Assembly (NCBI GenBank): GCA_016870475.1
Contig: VGBO01000004.1
Span: 4,144 to 68,143, forward strand
Direction: 5' to 3'
Source: Actinomycetota bacterium
GTDB taxonomy: Bacteria; Actinomycetota; Acidimicrobiia; Acidimicrobiales; CAIXPF01
Length of the DNA stretch: 64,000 nt
Made by a program: the position numbers and the translations under genes. The first letter of the stretch is position 1; every line of letters starts with the position of its first letter. The notes beneath the pieces are model-generated. The model did no database searches and was not told the origin of the DNA. It saw only the letters and a list, made by a program, of their open reading frames with translations. This document shows positions 36,471 to 45,587 of this stretch, in pieces.

Positions 36471-38061
36471 CCCGTCGCCGCCGTGCGGTGACGAGCTCCA
36501 CGTCGATCGTGTGACCGAGCGCGTCCTCGGCGAGCTCGCGGCGCGCCTGTGCGGTGTACGCCTCGAGTTCGGCGATGGACGGGTCGGCGGTCTCGGCGAG
36601 CACGGTGAGGTGCCGACGCTCGTGGTCGACGCGGACCCGGACGGCGTCGATGCGGCCCGCCTGGCCCCGGTCGAGGCCGATCGCGATCCGCAGCAGCCCG
36701 GCGAGGACCCGCACGGCCTGTCGGTCGGCGGCGCCGAGGGCGGCGAACTCGGGGTGGGACCGCGGCTTCGGGGCGCTCTTGCGGTGGTAGCGGGCCACGA
36801 GGGCGATGCGTTCGATCTCCGCCTCGCTGAACCCGGTCAGGTGCTCGCTGTTGCGGATCACGTAGTAGCTGTGCTGGTGGTGCGACTCGTGGGACACGAA
36901 CCGGCCGACGTTGCACAGCAGCGCGGCGGCCTCGAGCGTGTCGAGGTGGCGTTCGTCGAGGCCGTGGAGGTCGGCGGTCGCACGGAAGAGCTGCACGGCG
37001 AGGCGGGCGACCCGTTGAGCGTGCTCGGCGCCTTCGGGGTCGAAACGTTGCAGGAGGTGCTCGACGCCGGAGCGACGGAGGTCGTTGAGGTGTCCGTCGC
37101 GGGTCCGCCGGCCACGGCGCCGTTCGGCGAGCGTGTCGAGGAGCACGCCCTCGCGCAGCGCGTAGCCGGACACGGTGAGCTCGGTGAGGTCGAGCGCCTC
37201 GAAGATCGCGCCGAGCAGCAGCGCGCCGGCGGCGAGGATGTCGGACCGTTTCGGGTCGACACCGTCGACGCTGCTGCGCAGCGACGGCGTGCGGGCGTTG
37301 ACGAGTTCGGTGACGACCTCGTCGAGTTGGTCGCGGTCGATGCGCAGTCCGTTCGGCGAACGGGGCAGGGTGTCGCCCCGAGCGAGGACGGCGATCTCGG
37401 CGAGGTTCTGCACCGTTCCGGAGCTGCCGACGGCGAGGTCGAACCCGGCAGCCCGGGCCTCGGCGGCCATCGGCGCGAGGTAGGACCGCAGGTAGTCGCG
37501 GCATGCGGCGACTCGTGCCGGCGTGGTCGTGCCACCGGGGAAGAAGCGGTCGGTGAGCCGAATCGCCCCGAGTTTCAGGCTGCGGACGAACCGCACGTCG
37601 GGACCGTGGGCGACGACGAACTCGGTGGACCCTCCGCCGATGTCGACGACGAGGTGGCGCCGCTCGTAGAGGGGGAGGGCCTGGAGCACGCCGAGGTGGA
37701 TGAGGCGCGCCTCCTCCGGTCCGGAGACGACCTCAACATCCACGCCCGCATCCTCGCGTGCCCGGCGCAGGAAGTCGTCGCGGTTCGAGGCTTCGCGCAC
37801 GGCGCTGGTGGCGACGGCGCGCACGGTGGCTCCGGACGACTCGGCGACGAGGCGGAGGCGTCGGAGGGCGGCGACACCCCGGTCGATCGCGTCGGCGCGG
37901 AGCCGCTTCATGTCGCCCGACCCGGCACCGAGCCGGACGACCTCCTTCTCGGAGGTGATGACGTCGAAGCGGTGACGACCGGCCCGGGCGACGACGAGGT
38001 GGAAGCTGTTCGTGCCGATGTCGATCGCCGCGAGCACGGTGTCCTCGGCCACGGCGCGCAC
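36451..38061 (-). CDS. ppx: Ppx/GppA-family phosphatase with C-terminal HD domain
   Basis: LAAIDIGTNSFHLVVA, DIGGGSTEFVV, then the HD region (SHESHHQHSYYVIRNS). The start is uncertain (GTG 38061 or 38052; the track ATG 38106 would overlap the LysM gene). Confidence 0.85.
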   Translation of the reverse strand: MRAVAEDTVLAAIDIGTNSFHLVVARAGRHRFDVITSEKEVVRLGAGSGDMKRLRADAIDRGVAALRRLRLVAESSGATVRAVATSAVREASNRDDFLRRAREDAGVDVEVVSGPEEARLIHLGVLQALPLYERRHLVVDIGGGSTEFVVAHGPDVRFVRSLKLGAIRLTDRFFPGGTTTPARVAACRDYLRSYLAPMAAEARAAGFDLAVGSSGTVQNLAEIAVLARGDTLPRSPNGLRIDRDQLDEVVTELVNARTPSLRSSVDGVDPKRSDILAAGALLLGAIFEALDLTELTVSGYALREGVLLDTLAERRRGRRTRDGHLNDLRRSGVEHLLQRFDPEGAEHAQRVARLAVQLFRATADLHGLDERHLDTLEAAALLCNVGRFVSHESHHQHSYYVIRNSEHLTGFSEAEIERIALVARYHRKSAPKPRSHPEFAALGAADRQAVRVLAGLLRIAIGLDRGQAGRIDAVRVRVDHERRHLTVLAETADPSIAELEAYTAQARRELAEDALGHTIDVELVTARRRRVTPRNG

Positions 38062-38062
38062 G

Positions 38063-38494
38063 CTACCCCGTGGTGTTCGTCGGCCCGGCTGGCTGGGGCG
38101 TGGCACCCGTCACGCCGTCGCTCGTGGGGAGTGCGGTGGGGGTGGTGGTCGTGGCGGCCTCGGGGAGCGGGGGGAGGCGCAGGGTGCTGCCGACCTTCAG
38201 GTTCGTCGCGTCGATGCCCCGGTTGAGGGTCACGATGGCGGCCACGGTGGTGCCCTGGGCGGCGGCGATCGCTGCGAGCGTGTCCCCCGGCTCGATCGTG
38301 TAGCTGCGGGTGCCGACCAGGGTCGTCGTGGTGGCTGCGACGACACCGCCGGTCTCCGGCGCTCCGTCGCGCGGGAGCACGGTCAGTCGGGGCGGTTCGG
38401 CGACGGGCTCGGATCCGCCGCACGCACCGACGGCGACGGCCACGACGACGAGCAGCGGGCTCCAAGGGCGTCCGGATCGTCCGCGTCGGGGCAC
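38063..38494 (-). CDS. LysM-domain lipoprotein
   Basis: 143-aa ORF with a signal/lipobox (LLVVVAVAVGACGG) and a LysM motif (YTIEPGDTLAAIAAAQGTTVAAIVTLN). Confidence 0.8.
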   Translation of the reverse strand: MPRRGRSGRPWSPLLVVVAVAVGACGGSEPVAEPPRLTVLPRDGAPETGGVVAATTTTLVGTRSYTIEPGDTLAAIAAAQGTTVAAIVTLNRGIDATNLKVGSTLRLPPLPEAATTTTPTALPTSDGVTGATPQPAGPTNTTG

Positions 38495-38541
38495 CGGGCC
38501 AGTCTCGCCCCGCTCGGCGGCGGGGTGGGTGATGGCGGCGT

Positions 38542-39705
38542 TCAGCGCAACGGCCGGAAGAAGTCCCGCATGGACCGCACGAGGTCATCGGGCCGTTCGA
38601 GCGCGGCGAAGTGCCCGCCCCGGTCGAACTCCTCCCAGTAGGTCACGTTGTAGGCCCGTTCCATCCACCGCCGCGACGACCGGAACAACTCCTTCGGGAA
38701 CATGGCCGCCCCGGTCGGCACGGTGATGGGGTTCTCCGGCCGGGGGACCCACGACCGGTCCACGTGGCGGAGCTCCCGGTAGAGGCGCACCGACGAGGCG
38801 ATCGTGTTCGTGAACCAGTAGATCGAGATGTTCGTGAGGAGCTCGTCACGGCTCACGACCGACTCGATGTCGCCGTCGCAGTCGGTCCAGGTGCGGAACT
38901 TCTCGGTGATCCATGCGGCGAGACCGACGGGCGAGTCGGTGAGGCCGAACCCGAGCGTCTGCGGCCGGGTGGACTGGATCCGGTTGTAACCGGACTCGTC
39001 GCGCTCGTACCACGCCGCGCGCTCGAGCGCCGACCGTTCGAAGTCGGTGAGGTCGTCGCGCTGGTCGGGGCCCGGCGTCGGCGTGACCATGTTGAGGTGG
39101 ATCCCGACGCAGTGCTCGGCGTCGGCCCGTGCGACCCCGATCGTCGCGAGCGACCCCCAGTCGCCGCCCTGTGCGCCGTAGCGGTCGTAACCGAGCGCGG
39201 CCATGATCGCCGCGTTCACCTCGCCCATCGTCGGCGCGGCGAACCCGACGTTGCGGTTCGGGCCGGAGAACCCGTAGCCGCAGATCGAGGGGCACACGAC
39301 GTGGAACGCGTCGCGGGCGTCGCCGCCGTGCGCGGTGGGGTCGGTGAGCGGGCCGATGATCCGGTGGAACTCGTACACCGATCCCGGCCAGCCGTGGGTG
39401 ATCACGACGGGGAGGGCGTCGGCGTGGGGTGAGCGCACGTGCAGGAACCGCACGGTCTCCGTGCCGACGCTGCAGGTGGCCTCCATGCCGAAGTGGGGGA
39501 ACGCAGCGAGCTCGGCCTCGGCCTTCCGCCAGTCGTAGCCGTCGGCCCAGTAGGCGCACAGGTCGCGCAGGTAGGCCGCGTCGGTGCCGTAGTCCCAACC
39601 GGCGCCGGCGAGGGGTTCGGGCCACCGTGTGCGGCGCAGGCGGTCGCGCAGGTCGTCGAGTTCGGCGTCCGGTACGGCTACGTGGAACGGGGTGATCTCG
39701 GGCAC
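38542..39705 (-). CDS. epoxide hydrolase (alpha/beta hydrolase with N-terminal EHN domain)
   Basis: GTG 39705 gives VPEITPFHVAVPDAELDDLRDRLRRTRWP... (EHN domain). HGWPGS and the nucleophile motif GGDWGS are present. Confidence 0.85.
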   Translation of the reverse strand: MPEITPFHVAVPDAELDDLRDRLRRTRWPEPLAGAGWDYGTDAAYLRDLCAYWADGYDWRKAEAELAAFPHFGMEATCSVGTETVRFLHVRSPHADALPVVITHGWPGSVYEFHRIIGPLTDPTAHGGDARDAFHVVCPSICGYGFSGPNRNVGFAAPTMGEVNAAIMAALGYDRYGAQGGDWGSLATIGVARADAEHCVGIHLNMVTPTPGPDQRDDLTDFERSALERAAWYERDESGYNRIQSTRPQTLGFGLTDSPVGLAAWITEKFRTWTDCDGDIESVVSRDELLTNISIYWFTNTIASSVRLYRELRHVDRSWVPRPENPITVPTGAAMFPKELFRSSRRWMERAYNVTYWEEFDRGGHFAALERPDDLVRSMRDFFRPLR

Positions 39706-39711
39706 AGCCGC

Positions 39712-39717
39712 AGCGTA
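39712..39717 (-). promoter_or_regulatory. -10-like TACGCT, 6 nt upstream of the epoxide hydrolase GTG (leaderless-type)
   Basis: Minus strand reads TACGCT gcggct GTG. Confidence 0.4.
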
Positions 39718-39774
39718 GGCCCGAGCGGCGGTCGGGCGCGGCGGTGGTTGTGGTCGGTCGGTGCGTCCGGCAGG

Positions 39775-40698
39775 ATGACGCCCTTGACCTCCGCCACGCC
39801 CGCGTCGGACCTCGCCCGTCCGGACACCCCGACGATCCGTGCGGCGCTGCCGATGGCGGCGCTTCTGGCGGTGGTGGTGCTGTGGGGCATCGGGCCGCCG
39901 ATGTCGAAGTACGTGACCGCCCCGTCGCTCACGATCGTCTTCGTCCGCCTGTGGATGGCGGTGCCCGTCATGTTCGCGCTGCAGGCGTTCGCCGGGTCGC
40001 GGCCCTCCGTCGAGCAGTTGCGACGCACGGCGCTCGGCGGGGTGATGTTCGGGCTGAACATGGTGGCGTTCTTCGCGTCGTTGAAGGAGGCGTCGATCGC
40101 CACGCTCACGGTGATCGGTGCGCTGCAGCCCGGTTTCGTCATGTTCGGGGCGTCCCGGCTCTTCGGTGAGCGCCTCACCCGTTGGGGGGTGTCGTTCACG
40201 GCGGTCGGCATCGTCGGCGCGGCGATCGCGGTGCTCGGGGCGGGTGCCGGGGTGCGTTCGACGCCGATCGGGGTGTTCTGGTCGGCGTTGTCGATGGTCG
40301 CGATGTGCGTGTACTTCCTCGCGGGCAAGCGCGCCCGGTCGGACACGAAGTTGTCGGCGACCGACTACATCGCCGGTGTGATGTTGTGGGCGGCGATCGC
40401 GGTGACGCCGTTCTCGCTGCTCCTCGGGGGACTCGGTCGCCTCGATGCGATCGGTCGCGCCGACGTGATGTGGATGACGTTGGTGCTGATCGGCCCCGGG
40501 GTGGCGGGCCACCTGCTGCTGTCGTGGGCGCTGCGCTACATGCCGGTGTCGATGTCGTCGACGGCGATGCTCGGCTCGACCGTGATCTCGATCGCGGTGG
40601 CGTGGCCGATGCATGCGCAGCCGGTGACCGCCGTGCAGGCGCTCGGTGGAGCGATCGCTCTCGGTGCGGTCGCCGCGGTGACCCTGCGGCGCGCCTGA
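39775..40698 (+). CDS. EamA/DMT-family transporter
   Basis: ATG 39775. The product is a 307-aa polytopic membrane protein with two EamA-like halves. Confidence 0.85.
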   Translation: MTPLTSATPASDLARPDTPTIRAALPMAALLAVVVLWGIGPPMSKYVTAPSLTIVFVRLWMAVPVMFALQAFAGSRPSVEQLRRTALGGVMFGLNMVAFFASLKEASIATLTVIGALQPGFVMFGASRLFGERLTRWGVSFTAVGIVGAAIAVLGAGAGVRSTPIGVFWSALSMVAMCVYFLAGKRARSDTKLSATDYIAGVMLWAAIAVTPFSLLLGGLGRLDAIGRADVMWMTLVLIGPGVAGHLLLSWALRYMPVSMSSTAMLGSTVISIAVAWPMHAQPVTAVQALGGAIALGAVAAVTLRRA

Positions 40699-40710
40699 TC
40701 GACCGGCCGC

Positions 40711-41928
40711 TCAGCGGACGGCGTCGGCGAACGCGTCGATGACCCGGCCGATCTCGTCCTCGGTGATGACGAGCGGCGGGCAGAACGCCGTGGCGCCGAC
40801 GAGCGGTCGGGCGATCACCCCGGCGGCGAGCATCCGGTCGCGCACGACGTAGGGGTCGGTGCCGTCGACGAGTTGTGCCGCCCAGATGGCGCCCTCGCCG
40901 CGGTGGGAGGCGATGAGCCCGTCGTCGGCGAGGGAGCGGAGGCCTTCGTCGAAGAGCTTGCCGATGGTGGCGGCCCGTTCGAAGAGACGGTCCTGCTCGT
41001 ACACGTCGATGGTGGCGAGGCCGGCGGCGCAGGAGGTCGGGTGGCCGGAGTAGGTGTAGCCGTGGCGGAGCCAGAAGCCGGGTGCCTGCTCGAGCACGTC
41101 GAGGACGCGTCGGCCGACGATCACTCCGCCGAGGGGGACGTAGCCGGAGGTGACCCCCTTCGCGAAGGTGATCAGGTCGGGCACGACGCCGTAGTGGTCC
41201 GATCCGAACCAGTGCCCGAGCCGACCCCACCCGCAGATCACCTCGTCGACGATGAGCAGGGCCCCGTGTGCGTCGCAGAGGCGCCGCAGGCCGGCGAGGT
41301 AGTCGGGGTGCGGCGGGTGCACGCCACCTGCGCCCTGCACGGGTTCGGCGACGACGGCGGCGATCCTGTCGCCCTGTTCGGCGAAGAGGCGGGCGGCGGC
41401 CTCGATGTCGTGCTGGGGCAGGGTGACGGTGCCGGGGACGAGGTCGCCCCAGCCTTCCCGGTTGGCGGCGATGCCCTGCACGGAGGTGCCGCCGAACGCC
41501 GTGCCGTGGTAGCCCGCGGTGCGGCTCACGAGGAGCTGTCGGTCGCCCTCGCCCCGCAGGCCTGCGGTGAGGCGGGCGAGTTTGAGCGCAGTGTCGATCG
41601 CCTCGGATCCCGAGCAGGTGAAGAACACCCGGGCGTCGTCCATCGGCGCGACCCCGGCAATGCGTGCGGCGAGGGCTTCGGCCGGTTCGTTCGTCCAGGG
41701 GTCGAAGGTGTTGTAGGTGGCGAGCGTGTCGAGCTGTCGCTGCGCAGCCTCGATGATGCGCCGGTCGCCGTGGCCGGCGTTGCAGTACCACAGGCTCGCC
41801 ATGGCGTCGATGTAGCTGTTGCCGTCGCGGTCCCACAGCGTGGACCCCTCGCCCCGGACGAGGGTGATGAACGACGCCGCGTCCTTCGCGGGCGGGGCGA
41901 AGGGGTGGAGGTACGACGAGGGCGCCAT
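40711..41928 (-). CDS. class III (omega) aminotransferase, PLP-dependent
   Basis: ATG 41928 gives MAPSSYLHPF... Motifs present: FFTCSGSEAIDTALKLAR, LLIVDEVICGWGRLGHWF, and FAKGVTSGYVPLG (PLP Lys). Confidence 0.9.
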   Translation of the reverse strand: MAPSSYLHPFAPPAKDAASFITLVRGEGSTLWDRDGNSYIDAMASLWYCNAGHGDRRIIEAAQRQLDTLATYNTFDPWTNEPAEALAARIAGVAPMDDARVFFTCSGSEAIDTALKLARLTAGLRGEGDRQLLVSRTAGYHGTAFGGTSVQGIAANREGWGDLVPGTVTLPQHDIEAAARLFAEQGDRIAAVVAEPVQGAGGVHPPHPDYLAGLRRLCDAHGALLIVDEVICGWGRLGHWFGSDHYGVVPDLITFAKGVTSGYVPLGGVIVGRRVLDVLEQAPGFWLRHGYTYSGHPTSCAAGLATIDVYEQDRLFERAATIGKLFDEGLRSLADDGLIASHRGEGAIWAAQLVDGTDPYVVRDRMLAAGVIARPLVGATAFCPPLVITEDEIGRVIDAFADAVR

Positions 41929-41934
41929 TCCGAC

Positions 41935-41940
41935 ATCGTA
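41935..41940 (-). promoter_or_regulatory. -10-like TACGAT, 6 nt upstream of the aminotransferase ATG (leaderless-type)
   Basis: Minus strand reads TACGAT gtcgga ATG. Confidence 0.4.
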
Positions 41941-42103
41941 GGCCCCCGCCGGCGTGGCCGCTCCTACGATGTGGGCATGGTGCTCGTCGGGTTGGTGTTC
42001 GTCGCAGGGGCGGTGCTGGTGGTCGTCGTGGCGGTCCGGAACCGTCGGGGTTGAGGCCCTCGGAGGGGTCCCGGTCGCCGTTGCGAACGATGTCGACCAC
42101 GGG

Positions 42104-42132
42104 TTGACACGAGCGTCAAGTTCTCCTAGGGT
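42104..42132 (+). promoter_or_regulatory. sigma-70-type promoter TTGACA-17 nt-TAGGGT
   Basis: TTGACA lies at 42104-42109 and TAGGGT at 42127-42132, with an exact 17-nt spacer. It sits in a locally lower-GC intergenic region. Confidence 0.5.
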
Positions 42133-42138
42133 GACATT

Positions 42139-42245
42139 CGTCGCACAGACCCGAGGGCCTGGGACACGAAAGCGGAGACTCGCTCTCTGCAGGCGGTGGT
42201 TCTCTCGGCCGGGGGGAGAGAGAACCACCGCCCTTTTCCTTTTCC
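42139..42245 (+). ncRNA. candidate small RNA (about 105 nt) bounded by a promoter and an intrinsic terminator
   Basis: The predicted transcription start site (TSS) is about 7 nt after the -10 element. A small hairpin lies at about 42172-42189. A perfect 15-bp terminator stem with a U-tract follows. There is no ATG/GTG ORF inside. The downstream gene has its own -10 hexamer. Confidence 0.4.
42192..42245 (+). terminator. intrinsic terminator: 15-bp perfect stem + CUUUUCCUUUUCC
   Basis: GGCGGTGGTTCTCTC (42192-42206) pairs with GAGAGAACCACCGCC (42218-42232). The loop is 11 nt, and a T-rich tract follows at 42233-42245. Confidence 0.65.
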
Positions 42246-42267
42246 GGGCAGGTCGTCGGTCGCCCGG

Positions 42268-42273
42268 TAGGGT
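42268..42273 (+). promoter_or_regulatory. -10-like TAGGGT, 7 nt upstream of the acetyltransferase ATG (leaderless-type)
   Basis: Read directly: TAGGGT ccgcgcg ATG. It lies downstream of the candidate sRNA terminator. Confidence 0.4.
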
Positions 42274-42280
42274 CCGCGCG

Positions 42281-42931
42281 ATGCGTCGCCTCCTCCGACG
42301 GGTCGTCGTCGACGGCCTGCACCGCTGGGCGGACCGCTTGCCGGTGTGGGCGTCGGTGCACTCGGGCACCCGTCGGGCCGGACGGTTCGCCGCGTTCGGC
42401 GAGGGCAGCCTGCTGTGCTTCCCGTGGACCGCCCTGTACGGCGAGCAGGCGATCCACATCGGCCGCGACACGATGATCGGCTCCTACGTCAGCCTGTCCG
42501 CCGGGATGGTCCCGGGGCAGCGCCTGCTGCACGAGGGGATCGTCGTCATCGGCGACCGGTGTGTGATCGGTCGGGGCACCTCGATCGTCGGTCACTACCG
42601 GATCGAGATCGGCGACGACGTGTGGACCGGCCCGGGGGTGTACGTCACCGACCAGAACCACGGTGTGGACGACCCCGACCTGCCGATCGGCGTGCAGCCG
42701 CCGGCGCCGGAACGACCGGTGCGGATCGGGGCCGGTTCGTGGCTCGGCGCCGGTGTCGTCGTGCTGCCGGGGGTGACCATCGGCGAGCACGTCGCCGTCG
42801 GTGCCGGGGCCGTGGTGACGCGCGATCTGCCCGACCGGTGCGTCGCCGCCGGGGTGCCCGCCCGGGTGGTTCGCATGCTCGGTCCGGGTGAGTCGCCTCA
42901 TCCGAGCAGCGGGCGGACCTCCTCCGCGTAG
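42281..42931 (+). CDS. hexapeptide-repeat (LbH) acetyl/acyltransferase
   Basis: ATG 42281. Left-handed beta-helix repeats are visible (IGRDTMIGSYVSLSAG...VIGDRCVIGRGTSIVG...IGAGSWLGAGVVVLPGVTIGEHVAVGAGAVV). Confidence 0.8.
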   Translation: MRRLLRRVVVDGLHRWADRLPVWASVHSGTRRAGRFAAFGEGSLLCFPWTALYGEQAIHIGRDTMIGSYVSLSAGMVPGQRLLHEGIVVIGDRCVIGRGTSIVGHYRIEIGDDVWTGPGVYVTDQNHGVDDPDLPIGVQPPAPERPVRIGAGSWLGAGVVVLPGVTIGEHVAVGAGAVVTRDLPDRCVAAGVPARVVRMLGPGESPHPSSGRTSSA

Positions 42932-44049
42932 CGGGTGAGCTGCTCATCGGTCTTGTCGTAGGTGTCGCCGCTGAAGTTCGGGAACAGGCACAGGTCGGTG
43001 AGTCCGAGCCGGTCACGGTAGGCGGCGATGCCCTCGGCGACCTGGGCGGGCGAGCCGACGATCCACGTGCGGTTCTCGAGGGAATCCTCGAGCGTCGGGA
43101 TCAACCCGGGTGCGACGGGTGACCCGTCGGGGTTCCGGTACCCGCGGCTCCAGCCGTAGGGGCCGAGGAACTTCCAGAACTCGTCGTGACCGGGACGGGC
43201 CGAGGCGACGGCCTGCTCGTAGGTGTCCTCGATCCGGACGTTCACCACGAGCATGCGGCCCTCACCGGGGGCGAGGGCTCGTCCGTGTGCCGCCTCGTAG
43301 TTGTCGGCGTAGCGACCCCACCACTCGGCGATGGCGTCGTGGTGCTTCAACCAGAACACCCCGCCGAACCCCTTGCGCGGGACAGCGTCGAGCGACGGCG
43401 GCGAGGTGATCGCCTGCCACCACTCCACCGGGTGCCGGGGCCGGGGGATCAGCGTCAGGGTCTCCACGAACCCGCCCCGGTCGGGGATGCCGGGCGGGGG
43501 GAAGTCGAAGTGGCGGCCGTGGAAGCTGAACTGCTCGTCGGTGAACGCCCGACGGATCACCTCGACGGCCTCGTCGAACTGTTCCCGGTTGAACGTGTCG
43601 GCGTCGACGGCGTCGGGGTTGTCGAAGCTCCCGATGCGGGTGCCGAGCGATTCGGCCTCGCGCGGCACGGTGCCCCGGCCGATGCCGAGGATCCCGCGGC
43701 CGCCGGAGATGTTGTGCAGGAACGAGAAGTCCTCGGCCAGCTTGAGCGGGTGCCACTGGCCGACGACGTTGAACATCGTGCCGATCTTGATCCGCTCGGT
43801 GCGCTCGGCGAGCGTGGCGCCGAAGAGGATCCCGTTCGGGACGATCTCGTAGCCCTCGTACTGGAAGTGGTGCTCGGTCAACCAGAAGATGTCGAAGCCG
43901 AGCTGGTCGGACCGCACCCCCATGTCGAGGATGCGTTCGGTCGCGTGCCAGCACGCCTCGTTGTCGTAGCGACGGTCGGTCGGCGCTGGCGGCCCGGCCC
44001 CCGCGTCGTCCATCTCGACCCCGCCGAACAGGAACACCCCGGTGCGCAT
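42898..44049 (-). CDS. LLM-class (luciferase-like) flavin/F420-dependent oxidoreductase
   Basis: ATG 44049 gives MRTGVFLFGG...FDIFWLTEHHFQYEGYEIVPN...IGTMFNVVGQWHPLKLAEDF... Length is 383 aa. Confidence 0.85.
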   Translation of the reverse strand: MRTGVFLFGGVEMDDAGAGPPAPTDRRYDNEACWHATERILDMGVRSDQLGFDIFWLTEHHFQYEGYEIVPNGILFGATLAERTERIKIGTMFNVVGQWHPLKLAEDFSFLHNISGGRGILGIGRGTVPREAESLGTRIGSFDNPDAVDADTFNREQFDEAVEVIRRAFTDEQFSFHGRHFDFPPPGIPDRGGFVETLTLIPRPRHPVEWWQAITSPPSLDAVPRKGFGGVFWLKHHDAIAEWWGRYADNYEAAHGRALAPGEGRMLVVNVRIEDTYEQAVASARPGHDEFWKFLGPYGWSRGYRNPDGSPVAPGLIPTLEDSLENRTWIVGSPAQVAEGIAAYRDRLGLTDLCLFPNFSGDTYDKTDEQLTRYAEEVRPLLG

Positions 44050-44055
44050 GGGCGC

Positions 44056-44061
44056 ATCGTA
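44056..44061 (-). promoter_or_regulatory. -10-like TACGAT, 6 nt upstream of the LLM oxidoreductase ATG (leaderless-type)
   Basis: Minus strand reads TACGAT gcgccc ATG. Confidence 0.4.
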
Positions 44062-44145
44062 CGGGTGCCGTCGCGTGCTCGGCCTGCTCGGAGCCGTGCC
44101 GGCGCCGCGCGGCTCGAGGAGTCGAACCAGCGGGGGCGCCGCCGC

Positions 44146-44151
44146 TACGCT
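44146..44151 (+). promoter_or_regulatory. -10-like TACGCT, 7 nt upstream of the lipoprotein GTG (leaderless-type)
   Basis: Read directly: TACGCT tgcggac GTG. Confidence 0.4.
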
Positions 44152-44158
44152 TGCGGAC

Positions 44159-44668
44159 GTGACCGCATCCCGCTCCCTCCTCCGCGTGTCCGCCCTCGTG
44201 CTCGCCGGCGTGTTCGGCGCCGGCACCCTCGCCGCCTGCGGCGCCGAGGTCGACGACGCCGCACAGGTGACCATCGGTGGCGAGCGTTTCGAGAAGATCC
44301 GGTTCGCCGACCTGCCCCGTCCGACGGGGGCGGAGTCGAAGGTCGTCGAGGCCAAGGACCTCGTCGAGACCGAGACCCTCGAGGTGACCGGCGTCGAGCC
44401 CCAGGCCGTGCTCGTGTACTACACCGAGATCCTCGAGACCGAGGGGTGGGAGGTCGGCGAGAAGGCCCAGGCGAACCGCGACGGATCGTGGATCGGCACC
44501 TGGAACCTCGCCGGGCGCACGCTCATCGTCCGGTCGGCGCTGAAGACCGCCGCCGACGGCACCACGTCGACGGAGTTCTCGCTCAACTTCAAGCGACCGG
44601 TGAAGAACGACCAGATCACCGGCATCCACAACAAGAAGAAGTCGGGGGTCACCGGACCCGCGCACTGA
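44159..44668 (+). CDS. putative lipoprotein, function unknown
   Basis: GTG 44159 gives VTASRSLLRVSALVLAGVFGAGTLAACG (signal peptide plus lipobox). The mature part has acidic, globular composition. A TACGCT hexamer lies 7 nt upstream. Confidence 0.65.
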   Translation: MTASRSLLRVSALVLAGVFGAGTLAACGAEVDDAAQVTIGGERFEKIRFADLPRPTGAESKVVEAKDLVETETLEVTGVEPQAVLVYYTEILETEGWEVGEKAQANRDGSWIGTWNLAGRTLIVRSALKTAADGTTSTEFSLNFKRPVKNDQITGIHNKKKSGVTGPAH

Positions 44669-44680
44669 TCCGGCGCGGGG

Positions 44681-45040
44681 TCACCCGCCGTTCAGGAACG
44701 CTTCGATCCGTTCGACAGGTCGTCCGATCAGCACCCGGTCGTCGTGCACGACCAGCGGACGCTGCAGGAGTGCGGGCTCTCGCACCAACAGGTCGACGAC
44801 CTGCGCGGCGGTCTCGACGTCGGCGTCGCCGAGACCGAGCTCCCGGAACCGGGCGTCACGCCGCACGAGGTCGGTGACCGGGTCGACGAGCCCGGCGACG
44901 AGGCGTTCGAGCGTCCCGCGGTCGGGCGGCGTGCGCAGGTAGGCGACGACGTCGACCTCGACCTCGCGCTCGGCGAGCAGGGCGAGTGCCCGTCGCGAGC
45001 TGCCGCAGGAGGGGTTGTGGTACACGGTCACGGCGGTCAC
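44681..45040 (-). CDS. arsC: ArsC/Spx-family (glutaredoxin-fold) arsenate reductase-like protein
   Basis: GTG 45040 gives VTAVTVYHNPSCGSSRRALALL...LLQRPLVV. Length is 119 aa. Confidence 0.85.
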   Translation of the reverse strand: MTAVTVYHNPSCGSSRRALALLAEREVEVDVVAYLRTPPDRGTLERLVAGLVDPVTDLVRRDARFRELGLGDADVETAAQVVDLLVREPALLQRPLVVHDDRVLIGRPVERIEAFLNGG

Positions 45041-45051
45041 GCTCGCGCACG

Positions 45052-45570
45052 CTACCGAGCTGCGACCCCGACGGTGCCACAGCTCGGCGGTGCGCCGCCG
45101 CTGCCGTTCGGGAAGGGTCCCGCACACGGGGCGCGACGCGCGCCGGCCCCGCCGATCCGATCGGGAGCGTTGTCGTCGACGACGACGAGGGCGGCGAGGA
45201 GGTCGCCGAGATCTGCGAGGAACGCGCACCGAGTGCTGCCGTCCGTGCAACCGATCCGACGAGCGTCGTCGAGGGGGAACCCCCAGGCGGCGGCGAACTC
45301 GTCGACGACCCGTCCCCGGTCCCCCCATTCGACGGCGAACGCGACGGCGTCGCCGATGGGGACGTTCCAGATGCTGTCCCAGGGGAACGGGTGCTGCCAC
45401 GGGTCGCGGGTCGGGAGCGGGGGTGTGGCGTTGCCGACGGCCTCCCCGACCTCCGCGACCCGGCACGAGCCCGCGGCGGCGCACAGCACGAGCACGACGG
45501 CTGCGACGCGGGCGCGTCGGGTTCGGGGGCCGGGCACCCCGGGTGATACCCGTGCACGGGCGCGTTCCAC
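45052..45570 (-). CDS. hypothetical secreted/lipoprotein-like protein
   Basis: 172-aa ORF with a signal-like N-terminus (RVAAVVLVLCAAAGSC) and a Trp/Asp-rich middle (DPWQHPFPWDSIWNVPIGDAVAF). The alternative frames are clear shadows. The C-terminal third is low-complexity, and the start is uncertain. Confidence 0.5.
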   Translation of the reverse strand: MERARARVSPGVPGPRTRRARVAAVVLVLCAAAGSCRVAEVGEAVGNATPPLPTRDPWQHPFPWDSIWNVPIGDAVAFAVEWGDRGRVVDEFAAAWGFPLDDARRIGCTDGSTRCAFLADLGDLLAALVVVDDNAPDRIGGAGARRAPCAGPFPNGSGGAPPSCGTVGVAAR

Positions 45571-45587
45571 CGACTAGCAACACGACC

